Positions 44,636 to 55,221 of a stretch of 64,000 nucleotides of DNA are shown here, one piece after another. Numbering within the stretch: the first letter of the stretch is position 1; each line of letters begins with the position of its first letter. Source of the stretch: a virus; the IMG/VR virus record IMGVR_UViG_3300050343_000190, positions 22,212-86,211 of that record, one strand, 5' to 3'. Both the position numbers and the translations under genes were made by a program. The notes under the pieces are model-generated. The model did no database searches. It was not told the DNA's origin and was given only the letters and a program-made list of their open reading frames with translations.

Positions 44636-44719
44636 ATGAACTTTACAGCCGCCACTCTCACCGTTGGAATTGCAATGACTATTTTTATCGGTGGTCCCAT
44701 CTCTAGCATACTACCCTAA
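44636..44719 (+). CDS. 27-aa hydrophobic peptide
   Basis: MNFTAATLTVGIAMTIFIGGPISSILP with GGAGG SD and CTAAATA late-promoter core upstream. Confidence 0.55.
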   Translation: MNFTAATLTVGIAMTIFIGGPISSILP

Positions 44720-44768
44720 TGGTCCACCCACAAATCTATATCTAACCACTCCATAAATAAAAATTGAA

Positions 44769-44821
44769 TATCGTCACCACAGAGGACGACTGGTAAAATC
44801 CAGTAAGTCCTCTATTTTTTT
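44769..44821 (+). terminator. Terminator-type hairpin element, copy 1 (upstream of glyA)
   Basis: AGAGGAC-g-ACTGG-taaaat-CCAGT-aa-GTCCTCT followed by a T run. Confidence 0.75.
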
Positions 44822-44831
44822 GGAGATTATT

Positions 44832-46062
44832 ATGAGTTTAGAAGTCAACGATTCATTAGTTAACGGATTTATCCAAAAAGAACTAGAGAGACAACAGAAT
44901 CATCTAGAGATGATTGCTAGTGAGAACTTTACGTCTCCTGATGTGATGGAAGCTCAGGGTTCAATTCTTACTAATAAGTATGCAGAAGGATTGCCTGGTA
45001 AAAGATACTATGGTGGATGTGAATGGGTTGACCAGATTGAAGATCTAGCAAGAGAAAGAGTAAAAAAACTATTCAATGCAGAGTGGGCAAATGTCCAACC
45101 TCATAGTGGAGCACAAGCAAATGCTGCTGTATTCCTTGCTCTTCTGAAACCAGGAGACACTGTTCTATCTCTTGATCTATCTCATGGTGGTCATCTATCC
45201 CACGGATCAAAAGTTAATATGTCTGGTAAGTGGTTCAATGTTTGCCACTATGAAGTTGATGAGACTGGTAGACTGGACTACGATAGAATATTAGAACTTG
45301 CAAGGGAATGTAAACCACAACTTATCATCTGCGGGTTCTCTGCATACACTAGAACAATTGATTTTAGTAAGTTTAGAAATATTGCTGATGAAGTTGGATC
45401 ATATCTATTAGCAGACATTGCACACATTGCAGGATTGGTTGCATCAGGTGTTCATCCATCACCACTTCCATATGCAGATGTAGTTACCACAACAACTCAT
45501 AAGACTCTGAGAGGTCCGAGAGGTGGGTTGATTATGTCTAATGATGTGGAGATGGGTAAGAGGTTAGACAAGGCAGTATTTCCAGGAACTCAGGGTGGTC
45601 CATTGGAACATGTGATTGCTGCAAAAGCAGTTGCATTCGGTGAGGCACTTAAACCAGAATTCAGAGAATATTGTCTTCAAGTTGTTGCTAATGCAAAATC
45701 TCTTGGTCGTAGATTAATTGAAAATGGTATCAATATTGTGTCTGATGGAACAGATAATCATATTGTTCTACTTGATTTGAGAAGTCTAGGAATCACAGGT
45801 AAGTTTGCTGATCAACTTGTGAGTGAAATTAATATCACTGCAAATAAAAATACAGTTCCTTTTGATCCTGAGTCTCCCTTTGTTACCAGTGGATTACGTT
45901 TAGGTACTGCTGCTCTTACTACTAGAGGGTTTGATGAAAACGACTTTGTTGAAGTTGCTGATATTATTGCAAGTCGATTAAACAATTATGAGCAAGAAGG
46001 AAATAAAGAAGAGTGTTTAAGTAAGAGTATCTAAACTTTGTAAAAGTAATCCTCTCTACTAA
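44832..46062 (+). CDS. glyA: Serine hydroxymethyltransferase (auxiliary metabolic gene)
   Basis: [40 protein letters not shown] (PLP lysine), [15 protein letters not shown]; a likely indel near 46025 hides the usual ...LCKSNPLY end. Confidence 0.97.
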
Positions 46063-46071
46063 ATAACAACG

Positions 46072-46140
46072 TATCGTCGTCGCAGACGGAGGGGGAACTG
46101 GCCAAATCCAGTTGACGCCCCTCTTTTTTATTGCTAAAAT
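46072..46140 (+). terminator. Terminator-type hairpin element, copy 2, overlapping a sigma70 promoter
   Basis: GAGGGG-g-AACTGG-ccaaat-CCAGTT-gacg-CCCCTC plus T run; TTGACG(46112)-N17-TAAAAT(46135) with TGn extension. Confidence 0.75.
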
Positions 46141-46161
46141 AACTACAAATGAAGAACCCTC

Positions 46162-46452
46162 ATGAAATCACTTCTTTTTGCTGCAGCAGCAATTTTAATT
46201 GCAACTCCTGCTATTGCTCATCCTAGATCCCCAAGAGGCAATTACAAATATCATTATCCAGAATCAAATGTAATGGTAAGGAATGATAGGCAACGTTGTA
46301 AGAAGATTATATACACTACTAAATATGATCAATGGGGATGGTTTACAAGGAGAACAATTCAACCCTTAAGAAGTTGCTGGAAGCATAATAATAACCGCCA
46401 CCATCACTATCACCCCACTGTAAACCCACAATTAAAAATTATCATCAAGTAA
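46162..46452 (+). CDS. Small secreted basic/His-rich hypothetical protein
   Basis: Signal peptide MKSLLFAAAAILIATPAIA. Confidence 0.6.
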   Translation: MKSLLFAAAAILIATPAIAHPRSPRGNYKYHYPESNVMVRNDRQRCKKIIYTTKYDQWGWFTRRTIQPLRSCWKHNNNRHHHYHPTVNPQLKIIIK

Positions 46453-46454
46453 TT

Positions 46455-46895
46455 ATGACCATTAGACTTATCGTGACCCGTGAGGGTGAACAAATTATTG
46501 CTGGAATTAAAGAATGGATGAGTGGTCCAGGAGCAGATTCTAGAGTAATTGGATATATTTTAACTAGACCTTGTTTGGTTGATCTTGATATGGATCCCGA
46601 AAATGATGATAACTTTCGCGTCCGAATGGCTCCTTGGATTCCTCTTGCAAAGGATTTGAATGTTCCTATTCCAGCAGACTACGTTGTAACTATGCTTACT
46701 CCTATTAGTAAAGTTTCTGATCTATATGATCGAGACATCGTAAATGCAAGTGAAGAAGATCTCAGTCTAGATGAGAGTCATACTTTCATTGCAGATGATC
46801 CTAATGAAGATATTTTTGAAGCTTCAGATGAAGAATCTGAAGATGGAGAATATGTTGATGAACCAGTATCTGATGTTCCTGAGGTTACTGAATGA
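46455..46895 (+). CDS. Conserved T4-like hypothetical protein
   Basis: MTIRL...GEQIIA...GY.L..P...PWIPL.KD...; acidic tail; usual position before gp43. Confidence 0.7.
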   Translation: MTIRLIVTREGEQIIAGIKEWMSGPGADSRVIGYILTRPCLVDLDMDPENDDNFRVRMAPWIPLAKDLNVPIPADYVVTMLTPISKVSDLYDRDIVNASEEDLSLDESHTFIADDPNEDIFEASDEESEDGEYVDEPVSDVPEVTE

Positions 46896-47143
46896 TAAAA
46901 TCTATATTACTAGTTAATAATATCATTCTTCTTTCAAAGATTGAAGAAGTTGGTGCAGACATTGGAGAACCTGATTGTAAATTAGTCGATCCGTATATTA
47001 TAAATCAATCAACAATGGCACTTTCTCCATGGATGCTTGATTTTTCTGATCAAACTGATTTCATGATTAGTTCTGATAAAATTCTAACAATTACCGATCC
47101 CACAGAACAATTAATAAAAAAATATAACTCTTTGGTAAAATGA
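46892..47143 (+). CDS. Conserved cyanophage hypothetical protein
   Basis: IEEVGADIGEPDCKLVDP...SSDKILTITDP. Confidence 0.7.
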   Translation: MIKSILLVNNIILLSKIEEVGADIGEPDCKLVDPYIINQSTMALSPWMLDFSDQTDFMISSDKILTITDPTEQLIKKYNSLVK

Positions 47144-47914
47144 GAATTCTAAGTATAGACTTGGACTATATTATGGGTCCAACTATTGGAGAATATGAAG
47201 CTGCTGATTTTTGGAATGATAATTCGGGTGTTAGGTGGGATAATTTCTTTAGATTTAAACCCGAAATAAAGGAGTCTGATCTTTATTTTGATAAGGGTCA
47301 TCTTTTTTATATTTTTAAGTTATTCAATAAATGTCTTCATAATGGAGTAGAAACTAGTTTTGCTTATGATCATGATAATATCTTATATCATATTGGAGAC
47401 AAAACTGACTTAGAAATAATTAATATAGATCATCATCATGACGTAATTTATCATGGAGATATGATTTGGAAAGAGATATCTCCAGATGGATCTCCTTCTA
47501 GTAAAGGAAACAAACATGAATATCGTCATGTTAAGATGAATAATGATATTGATGAAGGATGTTGGATTGCTTATCTTAGAGCTTCAAAATAGGATTAAAT
47601 CTTATACTTGGATAAGTAGTCAGCATTCTATTGATGGTGTTCCTGAAAAAGAAATGGAGTATTTTACAGGACTCATACCAAACATGCGTACCGCTACAAA
47701 GGAAGAGTATGATATACTAGACTATGACTTCGATCATATGCACTTGTGTCTTTCTCCCCAGTACATTCCCCCAGCACACTGGCATCTTTATACGTTGTTT
47801 TTAATTGCTTATGAGGTTTACACTGGTAAGAAAGTTAATCTCGGTGAGATCGGAAACAAAAAATTTGAAATGTCTATTCGTCATCTAAACGTAACTAATG
47901 AAATTCTACACTAA
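47140..47914 (+). CDS. UPF0489/arginase-deacetylase-fold-like protein; one frameshift near 47585
   Basis: MRILSIDLDY, YDHD, INIDHHHD, DEGCW, LCLSPQYIPP motifs. Confidence 0.6.
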
Positions 47915-50403
47915 TGTCCAGATGATTGGGAACAAATTCCTAGTCAGAGGATATGAAAATGGTCAGAGGGTTATGTACAAGGATGATTTTTTTCCTACCT
48001 TGTATGTTCCTTCTAAAAAACAATCTTCTTACAAAACTCTTGAGGGTGAAAATGTAGAACCTATTAAACCTGGTACCGTCAGGGATTGTAGAGAATTCTA
48101 CAAAAAGTATGAGGATGTGGAAGGATTTAAGATCTATGGAAATGATCGTTATGTAAGTCAGTATATTTCCGAGAAGTACACTGAGAAAGAAATAAAGTTT
48201 GATATAACAAAACTAAAACTACTCACTATTGATATTGAGGTTTCTGCTGAATATGGGTTTCCAGATACGGAATCTGTAGCAGAAGAAATGCTCACTATTG
48301 CTATTCAAGATTACAATACAAAAAAGATTATTGTATGGGGTGTGAAACCTTTTAACAATACACAGGAGAATGTTAGTTATATCAATTGTGGTGATGAGTA
48401 TACTATGCTCATCAAGTTTTTGGATTGGTGGGAGAATAATTATCCAGACATTATCACTGGTTGGAATGTTCAACTATATGATATTCCATATATTTGTGGG
48501 AGAGTCAATCGTGTTCTTGGTGAGAAAGCCATGAAAAAGTTTTCTCCTTGGGGTCTTGTGAGTCAGAAAGAAGTTTACATCATGGGGAGAAAGAATATTG
48601 CATTTGAAGTGGGTGGTCTTTCTCAACTTAGACTACATGGATTTGTATAAGAAGTTTACTTATAAGGCACAAGAATCATATCGCCTAGACTCATATAGCT
48701 GAGGTTGAACTTGGTCAAAAGAAACTTGACCACTCTGAGTTTGATACGTTCAAAGATTTCTATACTGGTAACTGGCAGAAGTTATTGAATACAATATTGT
48801 TGACGTAGAACTTGTTGACCGACTGGAAGACAAGATGAAACTGATTGAACTTGCATTGACTATGGCATATGATGCAAAGTTAATTATGCATGATGTGTTC
48901 TATCAGGTTCGTATGTGGGATAATATAATCTACAATTATTTGAAAGAAGAGGGATATTGTTATTCCCTCCAAAAGATTCGTTCTGATAAAAACGAAAAGT
49001 ATGCAGGTGCATATGTTAAAGAACCGATTCCGGGAAAGTATGATTGGGTTGTGTAGTTTTGACCTTAACTAGTCTGTATCCTCATCTTATCATGCAATAC
49101 AACATCTCTCCAGAAACTTACTGGATGAGAAACATCCAACAGCAGCAGTTGATAAAATCCTTGAATGAAGAGATAAACTTTGAGTTGTATAAAGATAATG
49201 CGGTCTGTGCTAATGGTGCAATGTATCGTAAAGATGTTCGTGGGTTTCTACCAGAACTTGATGGAGAAGATGTATGGAGATCGTGTTATCTTTAAAAAGA
49301 GAATGCTTCAGGCAAAGCAAGCAATATGAAAAGACACCTACTAAGTTGCACTTGAGAAAGAGATTGCACGGTGCAACAACATTCAAATGGCGAAGAAGAT
49401 CTCTCTTAACTCTGCTTATGGTGCTATTGGTAATCAATACTTTAGGTATTACAAACTAGCAAATGCAGAAGCGATCACTTTGTCTGGTCAAGTATCAATC
49501 AGATGGATTGAAATGCGTATGAACGCATATCTAAATAAACTATTGCAAACGGAAGGTGTCGATTATGTTATTGCATCCGACACTGATTCAATTTATCTTA
49601 GTCTCGGACCTCTTGTTGATAAATTTTTTACTGATAAGTCTGGCGATAAAACAAAGATTGTTGGAATACTTGATAAGATCTGTGAAGATAAGTTGGAACC
49701 ATTCATCGAGTCCAGTTATAAGAAACTTGCGAATTACGTTTCGGCATATGAACAAAAAATGATCATGAAGCGTGAGAATATCGCTGAACGTGGTATCTGG
49801 ACTGCGAAGAAGCGATACATTCTTAACGTATGGGATAGTGAAGGTGTTAGATATGAAGAACCCAAACTAAAGATTATGGGATTGGAAGCTGTAAAATCTT
49901 CTACTCCTGCCCCCTGTCGTAAGATGATCAAGGATGCTTTAAAAATAATTCTCAATGGGACAGAAGATGAAGTTATCGAATTCATTGAAAACTGCAGAAA
50001 AGATTTTAGGTCTCTTCCCCCAGAAGAAATTGCATTTCCAAGAACTGCATCAGATGTTAAGAAGTATGCTTCATCTTCGCACATCTATTCAAAGGGAACT
50101 CCTATTCATGTTAGGGGTGCCCTGCTGTTTAACTATTATGTAAAAGAGAATAAATTAAATAATAAGTATTCTCTTATCAATAATGGTGAGAAGATTAAAT
50201 TTATATACATGAAGAAACCGAATCCGATTCATGAAAATGTTTTATCTTTCATACAAGAGTTTCCTCATGAGTTAAACTTGACTAAGTATATTGATTATGA
50301 ATTGCAGTTTGATAAGAGTTTTTTAGAACCTCTTAAGTCTATCCTTGATGCTATTGGATGGAGTGTTGAAAAGAAAATCAGTCTTGATTCTTTCTTTGAA
50401 TAG
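47898..50403 (+). CDS. gp43: Family B DNA polymerase, frameshifted
   Basis: IDIE exonuclease motif, TGWN...DIPY, YAGAYV, SLYPH, KISLNSAYG, ASDTDS, KKRY, MGLEAVKSSTP. Confidence 0.98.
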
Positions 50404-50433
50404 TGCTATTATTGTTTTATTGTAGGAGTTATT

Positions 50434-51108
50434 ATGGAGTTTAATGGTGATTTTGTAAGACCTTTCGGGCCCACTATACTGGAAGCAGATTGTCCTGATT
50501 TTATTGTTGAAGGTATTAATGAGTATACCGATAAAATTCTTGCAGATCCTCATCTTAGGAATGAGCACAGTAGTTTCAACGAGGTAAGAAGAAATTTGTT
50601 GGGACGTGATTTAGAGTGTGTATTTTTGGATCGTGATTTCTGTGAAGATATTGGTCTAATTGATTATCTCAATTACTGTAAAGATGAATATATTGAAGAA
50701 TTGGATGGTCTTGAGATGTGTCATGCGTGGAAAGATAAAAATATTGAAATCAGACCAGAAGGGAATATAGAATCTAGTAAGTTTTTAGATGTTTGGGTAA
50801 ACATTTACGAAGAGAATGATTTCACTCCTGTTCATGATCATGGAGGAGATCTTAGTGGTATTATTATTTTAGATATTCCAGAACAAGATTACAGTGAAAT
50901 CCCTGAGGGTCAAGATCTTCCTATATTTGGTAAACTTAGTTTTCTTTATGGAGAAAACAGTGGTACTCAAAAATATGATTATTTTCCAGAACAAGAAATA
51001 GGGATGACTTTCCTTTTCCCTACAAGCTTACCACATCTTTGCTATCCCCATCGCGTTAAAGGAAAACAGAGACGTACCCTAAGTTTTAATTTTCAATTAT
51101 GCGACTGA
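50434..51108 (+). CDS. Putative 2OG-Fe(II) oxygenase
   Basis: WVN......FTPVHDH...LSGI, FP.SLPH..YP, RRTLSFN. Confidence 0.8.
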   Translation: MEFNGDFVRPFGPTILEADCPDFIVEGINEYTDKILADPHLRNEHSSFNEVRRNLLGRDLECVFLDRDFCEDIGLIDYLNYCKDEYIEELDGLEMCHAWKDKNIEIRPEGNIESSKFLDVWVNIYEENDFTPVHDHGGDLSGIIILDIPEQDYSEIPEGQDLPIFGKLSFLYGENSGTQKYDYFPEQEIGMTFLFPTSLPHLCYPHRVKGKQRRTLSFNFQLCD

Positions 51109-51139
51109 GATAGAACTAAAAACACTTCACTATTAAATT

Positions 51140-52156
51140 ATGGATTTTCTAAAAGACATTGTAAAAGAGATTGGCGATGAATACACAAAACTCGCATCCG
51201 ATATTGACGACTCTGAAGAATTTGTTGATACGGGTTCGTACATCTTTAACGGATTTGTTCAGGTAGCATATTTGGTGGTGTATCTGGGAATAAGATTACT
51301 GCCATTGCTGGGGAGTCTAGCACTGGAAAAACTTTCTTCAGTCTCGCTGTGGTTAAGAATTTTTTGGACAGTAATCCTGGTGGGTATTGCTCTATATTTT
51401 GATACAGAAGCTGCAGTTAACAAGCAACTACTAGAGAGTCGTGGTATCGACATGAATCGTCTTGTAGTGGTCAATGTCGTAACTATCGAAGACTTCCGTA
51501 GCAAGGCTCTAAGAGCGGTAGACATCTATCTCAAAACACCCGAGGATGATCGCAAACCATTGATGTTTGTGCTAGACTCTTTAGGGATGCTTTCGACTGA
51601 GAAAGAGATCCGTGATGCTTTGGATGATAAACAAGTCCGAGACATGACTAAATCTCAACTCGTTAAAGGGGCATTCCGTATGCTTACTCTTAAACTGGGT
51701 CAAGCAAAAATTCCCATGATTGTTACTAACCACACTTACGATGTTATCGGATCTTATGTACCTACAAAAGAAATGGGTGGAGGCAGTGGACTCAAGTATG
51801 CTGCATCTACAATCATCTATCTCACAAAGAAAAAAGAAAAGGATGGAACGTCAGTCGTCGGAAATCTTATCAAGGCTAAGACTCACAAGTCACGTTTAAG
51901 CAAGGAGAACAAAGATGTTACAGTTCGTCTTTATTACGATGAGCGTGGTCTTGATCGATATTTTGGTCTTCTTGAGTTGGGTGAACTGGGAGGTCTGTGG
52001 AAAAATGTTGCAGGTCGTTATGAAATGACGGTTGACGGTGAAACTAAAAAGGTATATGCTAAGGCGATCCTTAAAGATCCAGAGGTTTACTTTACACCCG
52101 AAGTAATGGAACAATTGGATGCAGTTGCAAAAGAGCAGTTCAGTTATGGATCCTGA
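51140..52156 (+). CDS. uvsX: RecA-like recombinase UvsX (compensating indels hide Walker A in the ORF track)
   Basis: DTGSYIFN, alternate-frame [38 protein letters not shown]. Confidence 0.96.
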   Translation: MDFLKDIVKEIGDEYTKLASDIDDSEEFVDTGSYIFNGFVQVAYLVVYLGIRLLPLLGSLALEKLSSVSLWLRIFWTVILVGIALYFDTEAAVNKQLLESRGIDMNRLVVVNVVTIEDFRSKALRAVDIYLKTPEDDRKPLMFVLDSLGMLSTEKEIRDALDDKQVRDMTKSQLVKGAFRMLTLKLGQAKIPMIVTNHTYDVIGSYVPTKEMGGGSGLKYAASTIIYLTKKKEKDGTSVVGNLIKAKTHKSRLSKENKDVTVRLYYDERGLDRYFGLLELGELGGLWKNVAGRYEMTVDGETKKVYAKAILKDPEVYFTPEVMEQLDAVAKEQFSYGS

Positions 52157-52233
52157 AGAATACGAACATATTAATGACGATCCGCATGACGGGTGGTGGT
52201 TAATACCAGAAAATCAAGAAGAGGAAGACACTA

Positions 52234-53610
52234 ATGGAGAAAGTTGAGTTTCTAATTCTTAGAAACCTTTTATATAATGAAGAATTTTTGAGGAAGGTTC
52301 TTCCTTTTTTGAAAGGAGAATACTTTGAGGATACTAATCAAAAAACAGTATTTGAAGAGATCTCTTCTTTCGTAGAAAAGTATAACGAACCAATGACGAA
52401 AGAAGCATCTCTCTATTGAAATTGGAAAAAGATCTGATATCAATGAATCATCTTATAAAGAACTGAATCATTTGATTTCTTGTTTAGATGATGTTTCTGT
52501 AGAATTTAATTGGTTGATTGATACAACAGAGACTTGGTGTAGGGATCGTGCAATTTATCTTGCATTGATGGATTCTATCAACATTGCAGATGGTAATGAT
52601 GAGAAGAAAACTCGTGATGCAATACCTAGTATCTTATCGGATGCTTTATCTGTTAGTTTTGATAATCATGTTGGTCATGATTACCTAGAAGATTATCTAG
52701 AACGGTATGAATCTTATCATAGGAAAGAAGATCGCATCCCATTTGATATTGATTACTTCAATAAAATTACGAAAGGTGGTCTTCCTAATAAGACTCTTAA
52801 TATCGCTCTTGCTGGTACTGGTGTGGGCAAGTCTTTATTCATGTGTCATATGGCTGCTTCTTCTTTACTTCAAGGTCGTAATGTATTGTACATTACTCTT
52901 GAGATGGCTGAAGAAAAAATTGCAGAAAGAATTGACGCTAATCTTCTTAATGTAAATATTCAAGAACTCACCGATCTTCCTAAAGTAATGTTTGAGAATA
53001 AGGTAACAAACCTTGCACAAAAAACTCAAGGCACTCTTATAATCAAAGAATATCCTACAGCATCGGCACATAGTGGACATTTTAAATCACTTCTTAATGA
53101 ACTTGCACTTAAGAAATCATTTAGACCTGATATTATTTTCATTGATTACCTTAATATATGTGCTTCCAGCAGGTATCGCGGAAACAGCAATGTCAATTCA
53201 TATTCATATATCAAATCAATTGCTGAAGAGCTTAGAGGACTGGCTGTTGAGTCAAACGTCCCTATCGTTTCTGCCACGCAGACCACTCGTTCTGGTTATG
53301 GTAGCTCTGATGTTGACCTTACTGATACTAGTGAATCCTTTGGTCTCCCTGCTACTGCTGATCTTATGTTTGCCCTTATTTCTACTGAAGAACTCGAATC
53401 CTTGGGACAGATATGGTGAAGCAATTGAAGAATAGATATAATGATGGGAATGTAAACAAACGATTTGTAGTTGGTATTGACCGTGCTAAGATGCGTTTGT
53501 ATGATTGTGAACAATCTGCTCAGAATGATATCCTTGACTCTGGGCAAGAAGAGGAGTATACTAATGATGATCAAAAACCCAAGAAATCATTTGAGGGATT
53601 TAAATTCTAA
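52234..53610 (+). CDS. gp41: Replicative DNA helicase, frameshifted
   Basis: LAGTGVGKS, ITLEMAEE, IKEYPT, IFIDYLN, SATQTTR, SESFGLPATAD, KQLKNRY. Confidence 0.96.
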
Positions 53611-53936
53611 TGAACGGATACTATTCTGTATTTAATCCTAGAGGAGAAAAGATTGCCGACTGCGGTACTGGAAAAGATGCAGTCAATCTCATCGGTATGA
53701 GAAATGCTAGATGGGATGGGCATTATTATAGTTTCATTCCTCTTCCAGGTGATATCGTTGATGTAAATTCTACTAAGCAACTTCCTACCAGAGACATCGT
53801 AGTTAATATGGATGGTGGTGTAGGTGGTTCTTGGAAAGAAGTAGATTGCATTGAAGTCAATGATCATTACCTAGATGTTCAGCAAAAATTACCTCAGTCC
53901 AAACAAGAACCATTTATCCCTAATTTTCATGACTAG
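53610..53936 (+). CDS. Hypothetical protein
   Basis: 108-aa ORF translationally coupled to gp41. Confidence 0.55.
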   Translation: MNGYYSVFNPRGEKIADCGTGKDAVNLIGMRNARWDGHYYSFIPLPGDIVDVNSTKQLPTRDIVVNMDGGVGGSWKEVDCIEVNDHYLDVQQKLPQSKQEPFIPNFHD

Positions 53937-54339
53937 TAAAGTAAACACTGATGCATATCTTGAGTTTGTGAATGCCGTCACATCTCAACCCAGTCAAGAT
54001 GCTGATGCCTTTGAGTATCGTATTCAAGAACTTCGTGGAGAAGGATTTGAAACACATCGACTTCTAACTGCTGCTGTAGGAATGTCTGCTGAGGCAGGTG
54101 AGTTTACTGAAGTTGTAAAGAAGATTATCTTCCAAGGTAAACCAGTAAATGAAGAGAATATGTTTCATTTAAAACGTGAACTTGGGGACATCATGTGGTA
54201 TGTTGCACAGGCATGTATGGGTCTCAATGTTTCTCTTGATGAAGTCATTGAGATGAATGTTGATAAACTCAAAGCAAGATATCCTGGTGGAGAGTTTGAT
54301 GTCCATTATTCTGAAAACCGTAAACAAGGAGATGTATGA
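53929..54339 (+). CDS. mazG: MazG-like NTP pyrophosphohydrolase
   Basis: AEAGEFTEVVKK...KRELGDIMWY...N.DKLKARYP. Confidence 0.92.
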   Translation: MTSKVNTDAYLEFVNAVTSQPSQDADAFEYRIQELRGEGFETHRLLTAAVGMSAEAGEFTEVVKKIIFQGKPVNEENMFHLKRELGDIMWYVAQACMGLNVSLDEVIEMNVDKLKARYPGGEFDVHYSENRKQGDV

Positions 54340-54566
54340 TTATGAAACTTGAAATCACACTTGACGAATATCAAAAAGCAGGAGAAGAGTTCTGGCCTAA
54401 GTACTTCTATGTTGCTAAAGAACTTGGTGAAGGAACAAAACCAGAACAAGTTCTAAAAGTAATGGAATCTCTTGCTGGTGTTGCTATGAAAAATAAAGTT
54501 AAAGATAAAATTGGACCCTTTGGTTTTAATAAAAAATCCGAAGAAGAAGTGAAACCCGAACAGTAA
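54339..54566 (+). CDS. Hypothetical protein
   Basis: EEFWPKYFYVAKELGEG.KPE.VLKVMESLA...PFGF. Confidence 0.6.
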   Translation: MMKLEITLDEYQKAGEEFWPKYFYVAKELGEGTKPEQVLKVMESLAGVAMKNKVKDKIGPFGFNKKSEEEVKPEQ

Positions 54567-54571
54567 TTATC

Positions 54572-54766
54572 ATGGACTACAAACCATATTCTATAGAGTG
54601 GCATAGATACAGGTACTTAAGAGAAGCACTTGATAAGTACATGGACGATGGTGTTGAAAACCAAATCATCCTTAACGACATTCTAAATATAGTGTGTGAT
54701 CGTCAATCTAAGGCACATAAAGAGTTTACCAGACTTTCCGATCTAGAATCAAAACTACGAGAGTAA
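54572..54766 (+). CDS. Hypothetical protein
   Basis: YKPYSIEWHR.RYL.EAL..Y.DD motif. Confidence 0.6.
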   Translation: MDYKPYSIEWHRYRYLREALDKYMDDGVENQIILNDILNIVCDRQSKAHKEFTRLSDLESKLRE

Positions 54767-54767
54767 T

Positions 54768-55082
54768 ATGTTATCTACTCAATACAGACTAAGACTAGAG
54801 TTCATCTGTAAAAAGATTGCTAACAAAGAAGAAGTTCAGTTAGATGATATGGTTTGGGTGCAGAAACTAGCAAAGTCTCATACACTTGCTAGAGACTGGT
54901 TGCAAAAAGCACGTCGTCAAGCGTCTCAGGATATTGAGGAAGGTAGTATAGATGATTTTATGAATAGGATGGGATTAGGAGATCCCGACCCATCCAATCA
55001 TAAGACGGGATTCGATAGTGCAGAAGATATTTCAGATTGGTTCAAACAAGATAGACCTGATGATTGGAGGCAACGTGACTGA
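54768..55082 (+). CDS. Conserved cyanophage hypothetical protein
   Basis: MLSTQYRLRLEFICKKI...MGLGDPDPSNH...DWRQRD. Confidence 0.75.
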   Translation: MLSTQYRLRLEFICKKIANKEEVQLDDMVWVQKLAKSHTLARDWLQKARRQASQDIEEGSIDDFMNRMGLGDPDPSNHKTGFDSAEDISDWFKQDRPDDWRQRD

Positions 55083-55221
55083 AAAAAATGTTCCTAGATC
55101 GAGTTTACAAAAAATTGTCGAAGATCTTGATGGAGAAATTAACTATCAAGATCTGATAGATGCAAACGGTAGACCAGCTAAAAGAATTATTATAACTTAT
55201 AGGGAAGAGGAAATTTGTTAA
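55075..55221 (+). CDS. Small hypothetical protein (LDG...KRIIITY family)
   Basis: GTG start after GGAGG; ORF track 55018-55221. Confidence 0.5.
   Translation: MTEKNVPRSSLQKIVEDLDGEINYQDLIDANGRPAKRIIITYREEEIC

Noticed and set aside
44769-44821. Glutamine (glnA/downstream-peptide) or ZTP riboswitch
   Set aside because: Shares only short words (ATCGT, GACTGG); the remaining consensus elements as I recall them are absent
47898-50403. Intron or intein in gp43 (also considered for gp17 and gp41)
   Set aside because: Total spans match normal uninterrupted gene lengths; no LAGLIDADG/HNH or intein splice motifs seen
16944-53610. Frameshifts in gp17, gp18, gp20, gp23, gp43 and gp41 as programmed frameshifting, pseudogenes or stop-codon recoding
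   Set aside because: These are essential genes with numerous scattered breaks, many at homopolymers; the breaks change frame rather than insert one consistent in-frame stop, so sequencing or consensus error is the simpler explanation
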